Position numbers and translations under genes: made by a program. The notes beneath the pieces are model-generated. The model saw nothing but the letters and a program-made list of their open reading frames with translations. It was not told the DNA's origin and made no database searches. A stretch of DNA of 63,020 nt, the filler included. It is 5 parts of 5 records of this genome, joined end to end, with 100 filler letters (N's around TTAATTAATTAA, not from the genome) between each part and the next. Parts side by side here need not be neighbours in the genome. Positions count along the whole stretch, not along the records: positions 52,908 to 63,020 come from SRR20825019_2370; 4 more parts are not named here. One strand, written 5' to 3'. Below are positions 62,049-63,020 of this stretch, piece by piece; the stretch's first letter is position 1, and each line of letters opens with the position of its first letter.

Positions 62049-62921
62049 TTATTCAAAATCGATATAATCGGTTGGGTTAACAGGGTACCCTTCGCTCCAT
62101 AATTCAAAATGTAGATGAGGTCCAGTGGTAAGTTCTCCTGTATTTCCTATAATAGCAATAACTTCACCAGCTTTAACTTGATCGCCTTGACTTACACTTA
62201 AAGACGAATTGTGTTTATAAACCGAAATTAAACCAGAACCATGTTCTATTATACATACATAACCCGTTTCTGCGGTCCATTCTGCAAAAATAACCATTCC
62301 ATCGGCAACCGATTTTATGGGGGTGTTTTTTGGAGCTAGAATATCTATTGCGTAATGTTTTTCTTTGGCATTGTATTGTTGAGATAGCGTCCCGTTTACT
62401 GGAGGAAATAGCACATAATCTGAAGTAGCAGAAGCCGATTCAAATAAATTGTATTTATCTTCATTAGCAACACGTTCTCTTAGGAGCGAATCTTGTTTGT
62501 TTGGTAATAGGCTTATTTGAGACGTATCTCTTCTAACTTCCTCTAATAAAGAGTCTTTATGAATTTCTTGAGTGTTAATCTCTCCTTTTAATACTTTTTG
62601 AATTTTATCGTAATATAATTCGTTTGCTCTAAGTTGTGCGGTTAAAGAATCTGCTTTATACGTAAGATCCATAGCCGTTCTTTTTAAGGAAGTAGAAGAA
62701 TAACCTGGGATGTATTCTCGTAAAGGAGTAAAAGCAATTAAAATTGTTGTAAAAGCAATGATGAAAACAGAAAATAGTGTCCCCAATACAAAAACATTTA
62801 ACCTGTTTAATTTAAATGAAAGCTTTTCTTCAAAAGTATCTTCATTTAAAATAACAAGTCTATACTTGTGGAGCAGTTTTTTTTTAATCTGCTTTCTTTT
62901 CTTTCTTTTTTTATTCATCAT
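62049..62921 (-). CDS. M23 family metallopeptidase
   Basis: H.AID, YKHN, GNTG..TTGPHLHFE. Confidence 0.93.
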   Translation of the reverse strand: MMNKKRKKRKQIKKKLLHKYRLVILNEDTFEEKLSFKLNRLNVFVLGTLFSVFIIAFTTILIAFTPLREYIPGYSSTSLKRTAMDLTYKADSLTAQLRANELYYDKIQKVLKGEINTQEIHKDSLLEEVRRDTSQISLLPNKQDSLLRERVANEDKYNLFESASATSDYVLFPPVNGTLSQQYNAKEKHYAIDILAPKNTPIKSVADGMVIFAEWTAETGYVCIIEHGSGLISVYKHNSSLSVSQGDQVKAGEVIAIIGNTGELTTGPHLHFELWSEGYPVNPTDYIDFE

Positions 62922-63020
62922 CACTAGCAAATATAAATATTAGGACGTTACAATGCTTTCTGTTTACAGATATTTGTTTTTTTTTAACGTGAAAAACCTC
63001 TTTACTATAAGTCGCAAAGT

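Noticed and set aside
1-63020. CRISPR array or rRNA genes
   Set aside because: No regularly spaced direct repeats or rRNA signatures seen

Overview
The window is not one locus. It is five unrelated contigs joined by artificial 100-nt spacers (44 N + TTAATTAATTAA + 44 N). Contigs 1 (1-9177), 4 (47297-52807) and 5 (52908-63020) are ordinary Flavobacteriaceae-type housekeeping DNA (trxA, aat, tag, truB, uppP; clpX, clpP, tig; upp, GH3, M23) with TAnnTTTG promoters. Contig 2 (9278-34463) is a very AT-rich Rickettsiales-like chromosome segment. It carries an intact F-type (RAGE-like) tra mating-pair-formation set split into two head-to-head operons (trbC-N-F-H-G on the minus strand; traL-E-K-[pilin candidate]-B-V-C-W-U on the plus strand). 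The set sits between housekeeping genes with no relaxase, coupling protein, integrase or att repeat, making it a candidate domesticated secretion/pilus system and the most interesting item here. It is followed by tRNA-Ala, a full-length but apparently catalytically eroded IS1634-like ORF, valS, ubiA, rmuC and a truncated ankyrin-like protein. Contig 3 (34564-47196) is GC-rich eukaryotic (protist-like) DNA with short spliceosomal introns. It encodes a 4-EF-hand protein with micro-exons, an LRR protein, a large CEP164-like WW/IQ protein, a Cys-rich membrane protein and a SAM methyltransferase. Most ORF-track entries in contig 3 are spurious. All family assignments come from motif recognition by eye; no database search was run.
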